In this document: piece by piece, positions 37,003-47,561 of the stretch
Layout: each line of letters opens with the position of its first letter
Numbering within the stretch: the stretch's first letter is position 1
Assembly: GCA_965228735.1 (NCBI GenBank)
Contig: OZ245838.1
Coordinates: 4,832,001 to 4,896,000, forward strand
DNA from: Planctomycetota bacterium
GTDB lineage: Bacteria; Planctomycetota; UBA1135; UBA2386
Reading direction: 5' to 3'
DNA length: 64,000 nt
The notes under the pieces: model-generated
Databases searched by the model: none
Seen by the model: only the letters and a program-made list of their open reading frames with translations
What the model was told of the DNA's origin: nothing
Program-made: the position numbers and the translations under genes

Positions 37003-37995
37003 ATGAACTGTCGCATCACCATCGTCGTGATCCTCGGCCTCCTGACCGCCGCCGGCTGCGCCGGCTCCTCCGGCGCCGCGCGCTTGCGTTCCCTCCAAGG
37101 CGTCGAGGCGCCGGATTCCCAGCAGGAATCCCAGCAGGAATCCCAGCAGGATCCCCAACAGGACCCTCAACCGGACCTGTGGCGCGACGATCCCGCTGCA
37201 GTAGTCGACGGCTACCTCGAGCAGGCCGGGCTCGAGCCCGTCGACGTGCTCCTGCTCGGCACGTTCCATTTCGACGACCAGGGGCTCGACGCCTACAAGC
37301 CGACCCATTCGTTCGACCCGCTGACGGCGCGGCGGCAGGCGGAGATCGAGCGCGTCGTCGAAGCTTTGGTGGAGTTCGCACCCGACGTCGTGTGCATCGA
37401 GCGCCGGCCATCGGGCCAGGTGCGGGTCGACGAACACTATGCCGCCTATCGCGCCGGTGATCGAACGCGGAGCAAGAGCGAGATCGACCAGGTCGCGTAT
37501 CGACTCGCCGCGCGGCTCGGGCACGAACGCGTGCACGCGATCGACGCGCCCGGGCGCTGGCTCGAGCCGCGGGTCGACCCACTGCGTTGGGCCCGCGAGC
37601 ACGGCGCACTGCGGCGGCTCGCGACGCCTCTCGAAGGCGTCGTGGCGCGCGCCAACCGGGATCGCGACCGCTTCATCGATCGCGTCGACCTCACCACGAT
37701 CCTGCGGTTCATGAACCACCCGCGGGTGCTGCAGACCTCGCATGCCGCCTACCTCGTGGGTGGGTTCCACGCCGGCGACGGCGAGGAGTATCCCGGGCCC
37801 GACGGCTTCGTGAGCCAGTGGTTCAACCGCAACCTCCGCATCTTCAGCAACCTCGCGCGCGCGACGGAACCGGGGCAGCGGGTCGTCGTGCTCATCGGCG
37901 CCGGCCACGTGCCGATCCTGCGCCACTGTGTCGCATCGAGCCCGGAGTTCCGACTCGTGGAGGTGCGGGACGTGCTGCCGGCGGCGAAGGACTGA
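37003..37995 (+). CDS. DUF5694-like lipoprotein
   Basis: AAGC lipobox; LLLGTFHF, RQAEI, EIDQVAYRLA, WFNRNLRIFSN, IGAGH. Confidence 0.7.
   Translation: MNCRITIVVILGLLTAAGCAGSSGAARLRSLQGVEAPDSQQESQQESQQDPQQDPQPDLWRDDPAAVVDGYLEQAGLEPVDVLLLGTFHFDDQGLDAYKPTHSFDPLTARRQAEIERVVEALVEFAPDVVCIERRPSGQVRVDEHYAAYRAGDRTRSKSEIDQVAYRLAARLGHERVHAIDAPGRWLEPRVDPLRWAREHGALRRLATPLEGVVARANRDRDRFIDRVDLTTILRFMNHPRVLQTSHAAYLVGGFHAGDGEEYPGPDGFVSQWFNRNLRIFSNLARATEPGQRVVVLIGAGHVPILRHCVASSPEFRLVEVRDVLPAAKD
37117..37176 (+). repeat. In-frame 12-bp tandem repeat (SQQE/PQQD linker)
   Basis: TCCCAGCAGGAA x2, TCCCAGCAGGAT, CCCCAACAGGAC, CCTCAACCGGAC. Confidence 0.85.
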
Positions 37996-38038
37996 GCCAC
38001 TTGCGAAACACGGCGGCCGGTGCTGGCGTTGGGGCCCA

Positions 38039-38803
38039 GTGAGCGTTCGGCCTCGTGAGATCCTCCGGCATGTCGAACACCGGGCGTATCCGGTGCCGGA
38101 CCGACCGTGGGCGCTGCGCATGCGCTGGCGCGACCTGCTGTTCGCGCACTGGCCGGTCGATCCGGCGCCCTTGCGCGCGGCTTTGCCGCCGGGCCTCGAG
38201 CTCGACCTGTTCGATGGTGAGGCCTGGGTCGGCGTCGTGCCGTTTCAGATGACCGACACCGCGCCGCGCGGACTGCCCGCGCTGCCGTGTCGGCCCTCGC
38301 GGTTCCTCGAGCTCAACGTCCGGACCTACGTGCGGCACAACGGTCGCGCCGGGGTCTGGTTCTTCTCGCTCGACGCGGACAGCGGGCTCGCCGTGCGAGC
38401 CGCGCGCTGGTCGTTCCATCTGCCGTACCACCATGCCCGGATGGCGCTGCGCTGCGACGCGACCAGCGGGTGGCGGCACTACAGCAGCGAGCGAAGTCAC
38501 CGCGGCGTCGGGGCCGGCGCGTTCCTCGGCCGCTATCGGCCGGGTGCGCCGCTGCCACCGGCCGCGCCCGGCTCACTCGAGCACTGGCTCACCGAGCGCT
38601 ACTTCCTCGCATCGGCGACGCCACGCGGGGCGTTGCGAATCGGCGGGATCCATCACGCGCCGTGGCCGCTGCACGCTGCCGAGGCCGAGATCGAGCGTTG
38701 CACGGTCACCGAGGCGTTCGGCATCACGCTGCCGGATCGGCCGCCGCTCTTGCACTTCGCGGCATCGCTCGACGTGGTGGCGTGGCTGCTCCGGTCGCCG
38801 TAG
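38039..38803 (+). CDS. DUF2071/YqjF family protein
   Basis: WRDLLFAHWPV, FLELNVRTYV, GVWFFSLDA, WLTERY, HAPWPL. Confidence 0.9.
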   Translation: MSVRPREILRHVEHRAYPVPDRPWALRMRWRDLLFAHWPVDPAPLRAALPPGLELDLFDGEAWVGVVPFQMTDTAPRGLPALPCRPSRFLELNVRTYVRHNGRAGVWFFSLDADSGLAVRAARWSFHLPYHHARMALRCDATSGWRHYSSERSHRGVGAGAFLGRYRPGAPLPPAAPGSLEHWLTERYFLASATPRGALRIGGIHHAPWPLHAAEAEIERCTVTEAFGITLPDRPPLLHFAASLDVVAWLLRSP

Positions 38804-38838
38804 CACGAAGCGAGCCGGAGGCGCCGTGTAGCGCAGCG

Positions 38839-39831
38839 CTACGCGGGTGGCTGGTCCGTGAGGAACTGCTGCAGGGTCGCCCGCACGCCCGCCGGCAGGG
38901 CGCGTCGTGGTGCCGCCGGGAACCTCGCGCGGACCGCGCTGTCGTCGAGGTCGCTCACGAACAGGTTGGCGCGCGCGTCGTCGGCGATCCCGAGGTCGAC
39001 GGCGTCGCCGAGCCCGAGTTCGTTCGCAGCCGCGCGGATCGTCGCGAGGAAGCCTTCGACCTCGACCGTCTCGCCGCGGATGTTGAACGCGGCGCAGCCG
39101 TCGAACGGTGCGCTCGCCGCGATCGCGAAGTGGGCGCCGACGTCTTCGACGTAGTGGTAGTTCTCGCGTCCGCGGTAGGGCATGCGGAACGGTTCGGCGC
39201 GGCCGTTGCGGTGACCGCTTACGACGTGCTTCATCGCGGTCGTCACGGCCGAGGTCATGCCCTGATCGCGCCCGGGTCCGTACGTCGTGTTGAGTCGCAG
39301 GCTGACCGTGGGAATGCCGGTGCGCTCGTGGAAGAGCCGGCAGAGGTGTTCGCCAGCGACCTTCCACACGCCGTACCGGTTGGGCGGGAACAGCTCGGCG
39401 GCCTCGGACACGAGCGGCGTGTCGTAGTGCGACCGCGGGCCGTAGACCGCGGCCGAGCTCGCGAACACGACGCGCTCGGGTCGGGTGGTGAGGCGTTCGA
39501 CGGCTTCGAGCAGGGCCTGCGTCGCGCCGACGTTGATGCGCATGCCGAGCTCCGGATCGCGGTCGCAGTCGGGGCTCTGCAGCGCGGCCAGATGCACGAC
39601 GTGGGTCGGCGAGGCCTCGTCGACGAGCGCGCCGACCGCCGACTCGTCGCCGAGGTCGAGCGCGGCGAAGCGGACGCGGTCGTCGAGTTCGTCACCGAGC
39701 CACATCTGCAGTCGGCTGCGATCCGAGCCGCGGCTCGCGACGACGATCTCGTCGACGCCGTGGCGCAGCAGGTCGCGCACGGTGACGGCGCCGATGCAGC
39801 CCGTGCCGCCGGTGACGAGGGCCCGCGTCAT
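38839..39831 (-). CDS. NAD-dependent epimerase/dehydratase
   Basis: VTGGTGCIG, HLAA, ASSAAVYG, YGVWK. Confidence 0.88.
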   Translation of the reverse strand: MTRALVTGGTGCIGAVTVRDLLRHGVDEIVVASRGSDRSRLQMWLGDELDDRVRFAALDLGDESAVGALVDEASPTHVVHLAALQSPDCDRDPELGMRINVGATQALLEAVERLTTRPERVVFASSAAVYGPRSHYDTPLVSEAAELFPPNRYGVWKVAGEHLCRLFHERTGIPTVSLRLNTTYGPGRDQGMTSAVTTAMKHVVSGHRNGRAEPFRMPYRGRENYHYVEDVGAHFAIAASAPFDGCAAFNIRGETVEVEGFLATIRAAANELGLGDAVDLGIADDARANLFVSDLDDSAVRARFPAAPRRALPAGVRATLQQFLTDQPPA

Positions 39832-40961
39832 GGGTTGATCTGCAGCACGGCCTTCGGCGTGCGGGCCCGGATCGAGTCGGTCATCGCGCGCATCGCGTCC
39901 GCGAACGGATAGAGCTGCGTGTAGTGCTCGACCGGGAATACGCCCCGCTGCAGCAGGCGCTGCGCGTTGTCGTAGTCCTCGTGGCTGCTGCCCATCACGC
40001 CCTGCATCGCCTGGCCGGAGCGCGTGAACGCCGTCGCGCCGAAGTTGACCTCGCACGGATACGTCGCGATGACGCAGATCGTGCCCTCGGGCTGCACGGA
40101 CAGTCCCGCGTCGGCGAGCGCGGGCGGCGCGCCCGAGCACTCGATGAGCACGTCGCAGAGGCTGTCGTCGAAGTCGTCGCCGAAGCGCGTGCCGTCGGTC
40201 GCTTCGATCCCACGCTTCAGCTGTTCGTGCAGCGGCGCGTCGGGGCTCACGACGATCGGCAGGAAGCCGCGGTCCTCGGCGAGCTTCAATCGCACGTCGC
40301 GGTCACGTTCGACGCCGACGATCGCAACGCGCGCGCCGGCCGAACGCGCGAGTTCGGCGGCCATGAGGCCCATGATCCCGCAGCCCGAGACGACGACGTC
40401 CATGCCCGGCTGGATGCCGCACTTGCGCAGCACACCTTGCGCCACGACGGACAGCGGCTCGACGACCGCGCCCTGCAGCGGCGTGAGGCCGGGCAGCAGC
40501 TTGATGCAGCGATCGGCCTCGATGATCGAGCGCGTCGCCATGCCGCCGTCGCGGTGGAAACCGAAGATGCGCTTCCGCCGGCAGTAGTTCCAGCGGCCGC
40601 GGCGGCAGCCGCGGCAGCGCGGATCGCGGCAGCCGCGCATCGCGAGCGCGCAGATGATGTCGCCCTTTCGCAGGCCTCCATAGCCTGCGGTATCCGGCCC
40701 GAAGTCGACGATACGCGCGGTGAACTCGTGGCCGATCGTGCGCGGGCGTTCGACCCAGGCGAAGTTCGGCTTGCCGACCGCGGCGCTGTTGTCCGAGCCG
40801 CAGACGCCGGCGAACAGCGGCTCGACCAGGACCTCACCCGGACCGGGGTCGCCGATCTCGACCTGTTCGACGGCGAGGTTCTGCGTGACCTCGGCGGCCG
40901 CGTCCGCGGGGTCGAGGCGGTGCTCGCCGTTGAGGCGCAGCGCGGTGGCGGTCAGGGTCAT
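39828..40961 (-). CDS. Zinc-binding (medium-chain) dehydrogenase
   Basis: GVCGSD, GHEF, C..C..C..C structural Zn site, VEPL, GCGIMG. Confidence 0.88.
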   Translation of the reverse strand: MTLTATALRLNGEHRLDPADAAAEVTQNLAVEQVEIGDPGPGEVLVEPLFAGVCGSDNSAAVGKPNFAWVERPRTIGHEFTARIVDFGPDTAGYGGLRKGDIICALAMRGCRDPRCRGCRRGRWNYCRRKRIFGFHRDGGMATRSIIEADRCIKLLPGLTPLQGAVVEPLSVVAQGVLRKCGIQPGMDVVVSGCGIMGLMAAELARSAGARVAIVGVERDRDVRLKLAEDRGFLPIVVSPDAPLHEQLKRGIEATDGTRFGDDFDDSLCDVLIECSGAPPALADAGLSVQPEGTICVIATYPCEVNFGATAFTRSGQAMQGVMGSSHEDYDNAQRLLQRGVFPVEHYTQLYPFADAMRAMTDSIRARTPKAVLQINP

Positions 40962-40972
40962 GGCGGGTGGGT

Positions 40973-41956
40973 CTACGAGTGCGTGGTCTTGGGGAACTGC
41001 GGCACGTGCCGGTTCGGGTCGGCCGGCGGGACGTTGTTCTCGGGTCGGCCCTCGAACCACATCATGTTCTTGACCGGGGCGACGAGCTCGGCGATGCGCG
41101 CGAGCAAACCGTCGGGAATCTCGGCCGCGGCGGCGGTCACGTTGCGTTCGACCTCGGCGCGGGTCTTCATGCCGACGATCGTCGTCGTCGGCGCGCGTTG
41201 CACGGCGTCGCGGATCGCGACCGTCGCGACGTCGGTGCCGGCTTCGCGACAGAGCGCGGCGAGCGGTTGCGCGATGTCGAGCACGGGCTGCGGGCTGCGG
41301 TGCCAATCCTGCGGACCCGCGTCCGTGAGGAGGCCCTGCAGCACGGGCGATGCGTTGATGAGGCCGATGCCGCGCTCGTTCGCGAGTGGGACGAGTTCCT
41401 CGTCGAGCTCGTCCTCGACGAGGTTGCAGTGCGCCCACGACAGCAGCGTGTCGAGCTCGGTCTGCTCGGCCAGCCTCCGCAGGTAGCGCACGGGCAGGCC
41501 CGAGATGCCGACGAAGCGGACCTTGCCGTCCTGCTGCAGGTCGCGCGCTGCGGGCAGCGCCTCTTCGAGCACCTGCTGCGTGGTGCCGAACTCGACGTCG
41601 TGGATCTGGAACACGTCGATGCGGTCGGTCTGCAACCGTTGCAGCGACTCGTCGATGCTCGCCTTGACGCGCGCGCCGGAGAAGTCGAACTGCGTGAAGC
41701 CGTCGCGGCAGCACTTGGTCGCGAGCGTGACGCGGTCGCGCCGGTCACGGAGCGCCTTGCCGAGCCTGGTCTCCGCGAGGCCGAAGCCGTAGAGCGGCGC
41801 GGTGTCGAAGTAGTCGATGCCGAGATCGATCGCCGCGTGCACGGCGTCGATCGCGTCGTTCTCGTCGAGCTCGCCGAACAGATCACCGAGTGGCGCGGCG
41901 CCGAAGCTGAGCGCCGGCACGTCGATGCCGGTCTTGCCGAGTGCGCGACGCTCCAC
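40973..41956 (-). CDS. Aldo/keto reductase (sugar dehydrogenase-like)
   Basis: FDTAPLYG, LATK, SLQRLQTDRID, QIHD. Confidence 0.88.
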   Translation of the reverse strand: MERRALGKTGIDVPALSFGAAPLGDLFGELDENDAIDAVHAAIDLGIDYFDTAPLYGFGLAETRLGKALRDRRDRVTLATKCCRDGFTQFDFSGARVKASIDESLQRLQTDRIDVFQIHDVEFGTTQQVLEEALPAARDLQQDGKVRFVGISGLPVRYLRRLAEQTELDTLLSWAHCNLVEDELDEELVPLANERGIGLINASPVLQGLLTDAGPQDWHRSPQPVLDIAQPLAALCREAGTDVATVAIRDAVQRAPTTTIVGMKTRAEVERNVTAAAAEIPDGLLARIAELVAPVKNMMWFEGRPENNVPPADPNRHVPQFPKTTHS

Positions 41957-41957
41957 G

Positions 41958-43112
41958 TCAGTCCTTGCTGACGTCGAGCCAGCTGCGTTCCTTGGCCGAC
42001 GCGAGCACGGCCTCGCAGACCTGTTGCGTCGCCTGCGCGTCGCGGAACGTCGGCCCGACGGACTTGCCCTCGCCCAGGGCGATGAGGAAGTCGGCGAACT
42101 GGTGCACGAACGAGTGCTCGTAGCCGATCGAAAGCCCCGGCACCCACCACTTGTCCATGTACGGCATGTCACCGTCGGTCACGTGGATCGAGCGCCACCC
42201 GCGCGTGCGCGACTCGTCGCGGTGGTCGAAGTATTCGAGTCGGTGCAGGTCGTGCAGGTCCCAGCGGATCGATGCGTGCTCACCGTTGATCTCGAACGTG
42301 TAGAGCGCCTTGTGGCCGCGCGCGTAGCGCGTCGACTCGAACAGCCCGAGCGAGCCGTTGTCGAAGCGGCAGAGGAACGCGCACGCGTCGTCGATGCCGA
42401 CGGGCTCGACCTTGCCCGTCAGGTTGTGCATGCGTTCTTTCACGAAGGTCTCCGTCATCGCCGTGACGTTCTTGATGCCGCCGTTGAGCCAGAGCGCGGT
42501 GTCGATGCAGTGCGCGAGCAGGTCGCCGGTCACGCCGCTGCCCGCGGCCTTGTCGTCGAGGCGCCACAGCCCGGCGCCGCCCTGCGGCAGGTCCTCGCTG
42601 ATCGTCCAGTCCTGCAGGAACTGCGCGCGGTAGTGGTAGATCCGCCCGAGCTTGCCCTCGTCGATGAGCTGCTTGCTGAGCGTCACGGCCGGCACGCGGC
42701 GGTAGTTGTACCAGACCGTGTTGGCGACGCCGGCCGCCTCGATCGCGGCGACCATCTCGGCGCCTTCGGCGGCCGTGCGGGCGAGCGGCTTCTCGCACAT
42801 CACGATCTTGCCGGCCTTGGCCGCGGCGATCGCGATGTCCTTGTGACTGTCGTTGGGCGTGCAGATGTCGACGGCGTCGATGTCGTCGCGCGCGATCACG
42901 GTTCGCCAGTCCGTCTCTGCCGACTCGAAGCCCCACTGCTTCGCGAACGCGGCGGCCGCGCCGTCGCTGCGGGCACAGACCGCCTGCAGCACCGGCTCGA
43001 ACGGCAGGTCGAAGAAGTTGGGCGCCTTCTTGTAGGCGTTGCTGTGGGCCCGACCCATGAAGCCGGTGCCGATGAGGCCGATGCGGAACGGCTTCTTCAC
43101 GTTGTCACTCAT
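41958..43112 (-). CDS. Gfo/Idh/MocA oxidoreductase
   Basis: [35 protein letters not shown]. Confidence 0.92.
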   Translation of the reverse strand: MSDNVKKPFRIGLIGTGFMGRAHSNAYKKAPNFFDLPFEPVLQAVCARSDGAAAAFAKQWGFESAETDWRTVIARDDIDAVDICTPNDSHKDIAIAAAKAGKIVMCEKPLARTAAEGAEMVAAIEAAGVANTVWYNYRRVPAVTLSKQLIDEGKLGRIYHYRAQFLQDWTISEDLPQGGAGLWRLDDKAAGSGVTGDLLAHCIDTALWLNGGIKNVTAMTETFVKERMHNLTGKVEPVGIDDACAFLCRFDNGSLGLFESTRYARGHKALYTFEINGEHASIRWDLHDLHRLEYFDHRDESRTRGWRSIHVTDGDMPYMDKWWVPGLSIGYEHSFVHQFADFLIALGEGKSVGPTFRDAQATQQVCEAVLASAKERSWLDVSKD

Positions 43113-43140
43113 GATCGTGGTTCCTTCCTTCCGGTGCCTC

Positions 43141-44193
43141 TCAGTTCCAGCCGTGCGCGTCGCGCACCGCCATCATCGCGGCGAGGATGTCGTTCCAGGT
43201 CTGCGCCTCCGCCATCACGCTGTTGGGGAACATGCAGCCGTCCCAGCACAGGTGCTGCACGGACTTCGTCACCTCGCCGTCCGCATCGCGCAGCCAGAAG
43301 CCGGCGTAGTGCGGAATGTCGAGCTTGCCGTTCGGATCCTTCGGCAGGCAGTGGCGCCCCGTCTTGTCGTGCGAACCCGAACCGAACACCGTCGCGTCGT
43401 TCTGCGCGACGTGGAAGTCCATGACCCACGGCCGCAGCGCTGCCGTCATCTCGCGGTAGGCCGCGTCGAGACCCTCGCGGTCACCCCACTGGTAGTCCTC
43501 CGGCAGGATGCGATCCTCGGCCGCGTTGTAGCCGAGCGTGTAGAGCAGGGTGTGCGCCATGTCGGCCTGGAAGCCGACGGTGTTCGGCCGATCGACGAGC
43601 GCGAGCAGCTCGGCCATGCGCTTCCAGCTGTGCATGCCGCCCCAGCAGATCTCGCCCTCGGCCGCGAGCCGCTCACCGTGATCCTCGGCGATGTCCGCCG
43701 CTTTCTTGAACGTGTCCGCGATGACCTTCTGGTTGCCGTCGGGGTCCTTCTGCCAGTCGGCGACGCCCGCGGCCGAGTCGATGCGCACGATGCCGTACGG
43801 TCGGATGCCGATCTCGCGCAGGTCACGCGCGATGCGGCACGCCTTCTCGACCTGCGTGAGGAACGCCTGGCGCTCGCTCTCGTCGCCCATCGCCGAGCCG
43901 CCGCCCGTGGGCGGCCACACCGGCGCGACGAGCGAACCGACTACGAGGTTCTTGCTCGCGACCTGGTCGGCGAGCTTCTGCAGGTCGTCCTTGCTCGAAT
44001 CGATGTCGGTGTGGGGCAGCGACAAGAACAGGTCGATGCCGTCGAAGCGGTTGCCGTCGACCTCGGCGTTCGCGGTCCATTCGAGCATCTGCTCGAACGG
44101 GATCGGCGGGTTGTCCGTGCCTTCTTCCTTGCCGACGAGGCCGGGCCAGGCGGCGTTGTGGAGCTTGGGGAACGCGTTCTTCGAATCGGGCAT
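43141..44193 (-). CDS. Xylose-isomerase-like TIM-barrel sugar isomerase/epimerase
   Basis: [29 protein letters not shown] motifs. Confidence 0.75.
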   Translation of the reverse strand: MPDSKNAFPKLHNAAWPGLVGKEEGTDNPPIPFEQMLEWTANAEVDGNRFDGIDLFLSLPHTDIDSSKDDLQKLADQVASKNLVVGSLVAPVWPPTGGGSAMGDESERQAFLTQVEKACRIARDLREIGIRPYGIVRIDSAAGVADWQKDPDGNQKVIADTFKKAADIAEDHGERLAAEGEICWGGMHSWKRMAELLALVDRPNTVGFQADMAHTLLYTLGYNAAEDRILPEDYQWGDREGLDAAYREMTAALRPWVMDFHVAQNDATVFGSGSHDKTGRHCLPKDPNGKLDIPHYAGFWLRDADGEVTKSVQHLCWDGCMFPNSVMAEAQTWNDILAAMMAVRDAHGWN

Positions 44194-44296
44194 GGTCAGT
44201 AGAGCCGGATTGGGGGAGCAGAGGGACCGGGCACTGTAGCCCGCCGGGGGCCGGCGCTGCAGCCGCCGTTGGATTTCGGTCAGGCCCCGAATTGGC

Positions 44297-44359
44297 TCCG
44301 CGTTGGGCTGGGTCCGCGTTGGGCTGGGTCCGCGCTGACCCGGCTCCGCGTTGACCAGG
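44297..44359. repeat. 16-bp tandem repeat in divergent promoter region
   Basis: TCCGCGTTGGGCTGGG x2, TCCGCGCTGACCCGGC, TCCGCGTTGACCAGG. Confidence 0.8.
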
Positions 44360-44384
44360 TCCGGGCGCGTGCGAAGATCGCGGC

Positions 44385-45224
44385 GTGCGCTACGGCATCA
44401 ACCTGCTGCTCTTTTCGACCCATGTCACCCGCGACCACGGCCCGCAACTGCAGTTCGTCAACGACTGCGGGTTCGACGGGGTCGAGGTCCCGTTGTTCGA
44501 GGGCGCGCCCGCGCACTACGCCGATCTCGGCGGCATGCTCGACGAGCTCGGTCTGGCGCGCACGGCGTCGACGGGTCTCGACGAGTATCACGATCCGATC
44601 CACGACAACGAGAACGTGCGGCAGGCCGCGATCGACCGCCTGCGCTGGGCCATCGACTGCGCGAGCGCGCTCGGTGCCGACGTGCTCTGCGGGCCGCTGC
44701 ACTCAGGCTACAAGGTGTTCCGCGGCCGCGGCCCGACGGACGATGAGATGCAGCGCAGCGCCGACGTGCTGCGCGCCGCAGCGGAGCACGCGGCCGAGGC
44801 CGGCATCGTGCTCGCGCCCGAGGCGCTCAACCGCTTCGAGTGCTACCTCGTGAACACGGCGGCCCAGCTGCGAGAGCTCTGCGAACGGGTCGATCATCCG
44901 GCCGTCCAGGCGCACTACGACACGCACCACATGCACCTCGAGGAACGTGACGCGGGGGCGGCCGTCCAGCACGTCGCGCCGGTGCTCGGCCACGTCCACC
45001 TGAGCGAGAACCATCGCGGCGTCCCGGGCGAGGGTCAGGTCGACTGGCGCGGGACGTTCGCGGCGCTGCAGGACGTCGGCTACGACGGTTGGTGCGTGAT
45101 CGAGGCGTTCTCGCGCCTCGACGCCGAATTCGCGGCCGCGATCCACATCTGGCGGGACCTGTTCGCGAGCCCGGAAGACGTTTGCCGCAAGGGGCTCGAG
45201 TTCATCCGCAGCGGCCTCGAGTGA
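44385..45224 (+). CDS. D-psicose/D-tagatose 3-epimerase family protein
   Basis: [42 protein letters not shown]. Confidence 0.88.
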   Translation: MRYGINLLLFSTHVTRDHGPQLQFVNDCGFDGVEVPLFEGAPAHYADLGGMLDELGLARTASTGLDEYHDPIHDNENVRQAAIDRLRWAIDCASALGADVLCGPLHSGYKVFRGRGPTDDEMQRSADVLRAAAEHAAEAGIVLAPEALNRFECYLVNTAAQLRELCERVDHPAVQAHYDTHHMHLEERDAGAAVQHVAPVLGHVHLSENHRGVPGEGQVDWRGTFAALQDVGYDGWCVIEAFSRLDAEFAAAIHIWRDLFASPEDVCRKGLEFIRSGLE

Positions 45225-46597
45225 GCGCGGCCGGGATTCGGGAGAGATTTTTGAATCGATCCCGTGACACCGCGACACCGTTGTCGTCGAGCGCGTGCCC
45301 CGACGCCGCCGCCGACCCCCGTGCGATTCCCTGCCTCGAGCCCTGCCGGTCCCGCCTGCCGTAGCGAGTTCTTCGCGGAATTCGTGTTGCAGCCGGAGCC
45401 GACCTGCACCCTGGACCCCACGGTGGATGTGCTCTGCGACAGTGACGTTGGATCCGGCGACGGCGGCCCATGCCCCGAGCGGGCGTCGGGCTGGCTGCCG
45501 CTGGTGGCGCTGTCGCCGGCCCGCTCGGCGCTCGCGGTGCGGCGGATCCTCGGGCACCTCGAGCAGCGACTCGAGACCACGGCGGGTGCCGATCCTGGAT
45601 CGGAGGGGAAGAAGGAGAGTCCGGCGAAGACGCGGCGGTAGCGGCGGGCCGGTTGGTCGCCGCCCAGGCAGACCAGACGACCCCGCCGGCCGCCGCCGCG
45701 GCTTTCCCCGACCCGGCCCCGGGATCCGGCGCGGTGGCTGGCGGTGCGCCACGGCCGTTGCGCCCACCAGCGCATGGCCAGCAGAGCGGCGCCGAGAACG
45801 GGCAGCACGACGACGCTCGCCTCGGGGCCGAAGTCGCCGCCCGAGAGCCACGCATCGCCCGCGCGTTCGTGGCGCACGAGAGTCGTGGGTTCGACGTGAC
45901 CGCTCGCGGGGAAACCGAGGATCACGCCCTGGAAATAGTTCCAGCCGATGTGCATGCCGGTCGACAGCCACAGCAGGCCGGTGGCGAGGTAGCCGTAGAG
46001 TCGCAGGAAGCCGAACACCACGATGATGAGCGTCGACAGCACGCCGGCCGCGTCGTTGCCCGCGTGGATGAGGCCGTAGAGCACGCACGAGCTCGCGATC
46101 GCGAGCCGGTGCCCGAGACCCGCGGCTAGGTTCTGAAACACGTAGCCGCGGAAGACGAGCTCTTCCCAGCAACCGACGAGAACGGCTGCGAGCAACGCCG
46201 GGCCGAGCAGGCCGAACAGCTCGCTGCCCGCCAGAGCGAACTCGACGTCGACCACGTGGCCCGTGGTCGTGAGCACGAGGAACACCGTGCCGGCCATGAG
46301 GCCGCTCAGGCCGAAACCGAAGAGCAGGTCGAAGGCAGTGACGCGGGTGAGTCGCAGCCCGAGGTCGCCCAGAGGGCGCCGATCGAGGTAGCGCCGGGCG
46401 ATCACCGTCGCACTGAGGGCGCTGCAGAACAGCAACACGATCACGAGCAGAGAGTCGCGCGGCAGGCTGCCGAGGATCGTCCGGGCCGTGATCGCCAGCG
46501 TCGCGTTGAGTCCGACGAGCAGGACGACGAACAACAGGATGCGCCAACCCGCGCGAAGTCGGGCGGCGTCCGGGTCGAAGAACAGGGCGCGGGCCAT
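45080..46597 (-). CDS. CPBP (Abi/CAAX) intramembrane metalloprotease; domain ends near 45770, 3' end uncertain
   Basis: RLRAGWR, EELVFRGY, YGLIH, GMHIGWN, GGDFGPE; frame stays open far past the domain. Confidence 0.8.
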   Translation of the reverse strand: MARALFFDPDAARLRAGWRILLFVVLLVGLNATLAITARTILGSLPRDSLLVIVLLFCSALSATVIARRYLDRRPLGDLGLRLTRVTAFDLLFGFGLSGLMAGTVFLVLTTTGHVVDVEFALAGSELFGLLGPALLAAVLVGCWEELVFRGYVFQNLAAGLGHRLAIASSCVLYGLIHAGNDAAGVLSTLIIVVFGFLRLYGYLATGLLWLSTGMHIGWNYFQGVILGFPASGHVEPTTLVRHERAGDAWLSGGDFGPEASVVVLPVLGAALLAMRWWAQRPWRTASHRAGSRGRVGESRGGGRRGRLVCLGGDQPARRYRRVFAGLSFFPSDPGSAPAVVSSRCSRCPRIRRTASAERAGDSATSGSQPDARSGHGPPSPDPTSLSQSTSTVGSRVQVGSGCNTNSAKNSLRQAGPAGLEAGNRTGVGGGVGARARRQRCRGVTGSIQKSLPNPGRAHSRPLRMNSSPLRQTSSGLANRSRQMWIAAANSASRRENASITHQPS

Positions 46598-46628
46598 GGC
46601 CGTCGGGCGCTGCGCCGCGGCGTTCCGA

Positions 46629-47561
46629 CTATTGCGGATTCGTGCCCGGGTCGCCGGTGAGTTCTCCGAGCCAGCGGTCCTGGCGGTCACCGATGCCGGC
46701 GAACCACCCCATCGTGTAGCGCGCGTTGAGCTCGCCGAGCGGCTCGAAGCGCGGGCCGCCGGCATCCTCCCAGCGATACGCATCGATCGCGAAGGGCCCG
46801 AAGTAGCCGGCGGCGTGCAGCTCGCGCGCCACCGTGGTGCCGGCGGTCGCGAGCGCGTCGAGTTCCTCGGGCGTGAGATCCGCCGCGCCGCGGGTCGTGT
46901 CCTGCCATGCACCCCGGTCGTCGTGGCGTTGCGTTGCGGGGTCGCCGAACCAGGCGGAGCCGTCCTTTCGCAGCCAGCCGTGCAGAACGAACTCGGCGAC
47001 GATGACGACGAACGGTTCGGCGAGGAGCGCGCCGTGCGCCGCGAGCGCGCCGTCGATCCAGCGGCGCTCCGGGCCGACGGGTGCGCTCGTGATCCGCTTC
47101 TGGCCGCGCCCGCTGAAGCCGAACAGACGTTTCAGCAGCCAGCCGTTCGGGGCTTCGCCGCGGCTCGTGGCGGTCTCGAGCTCGGCAACCGATCGCACGA
47201 TCGCGCGCCCGGGTAGCTCGCCGCCGAGCGCGGCTGCGAACGTGCGGTCGTTGACGTGACGCAGGACGTCGAACGGCGGCGAGTCCGGCAGCTCCAGCCC
47301 GGCGCGGGTGGCGATGGTGTGAGCGCGCGGGGTCGGGGAGAACGCCTGGCAGAGCACTGCGGCGTCCGAATCCCGGCAGGATGAACCAGGTACCGTACGC
47401 AGGGCTGTGTGGGTGGTGGAGCTGTGCGCGCGGGCGTGGGCGAGGAAGCGCTCGCCCCATTCGGCGGCTCGGGCTTGCTGGCGGTGTGAGGCGCGAAAGG
47501 CGTCGGGGTCGGCGAGTTCGAGATCCGCGTCGAGGTTCAGGATCCAGGCGACCGTGGTCAC
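46629..47561 (-). CDS. ATP-grasp fold protein
   Basis: GTGA-coupled to DUF455; WLLKRLFGFSGRG, LLAEPF, GYFGPFAIDA, ELNARYTMG. Confidence 0.75.
   Translation of the reverse strand: MTTVAWILNLDADLELADPDAFRASHRQQARAAEWGERFLAHARAHSSTTHTALRTVPGSSCRDSDAAVLCQAFSPTPRAHTIATRAGLELPDSPPFDVLRHVNDRTFAAALGGELPGRAIVRSVAELETATSRGEAPNGWLLKRLFGFSGRGQKRITSAPVGPERRWIDGALAAHGALLAEPFVVIVAEFVLHGWLRKDGSAWFGDPATQRHDDRGAWQDTTRGAADLTPEELDALATAGTTVARELHAAGYFGPFAIDAYRWEDAGGPRFEPLGELNARYTMGWFAGIGDRQDRWLGELTGDPGTNPQ

Noticed and set aside
44297..44359. Possible CRISPR array
   Set aside because: Units are contiguous 16-mers with no spacers and no cas genes are present
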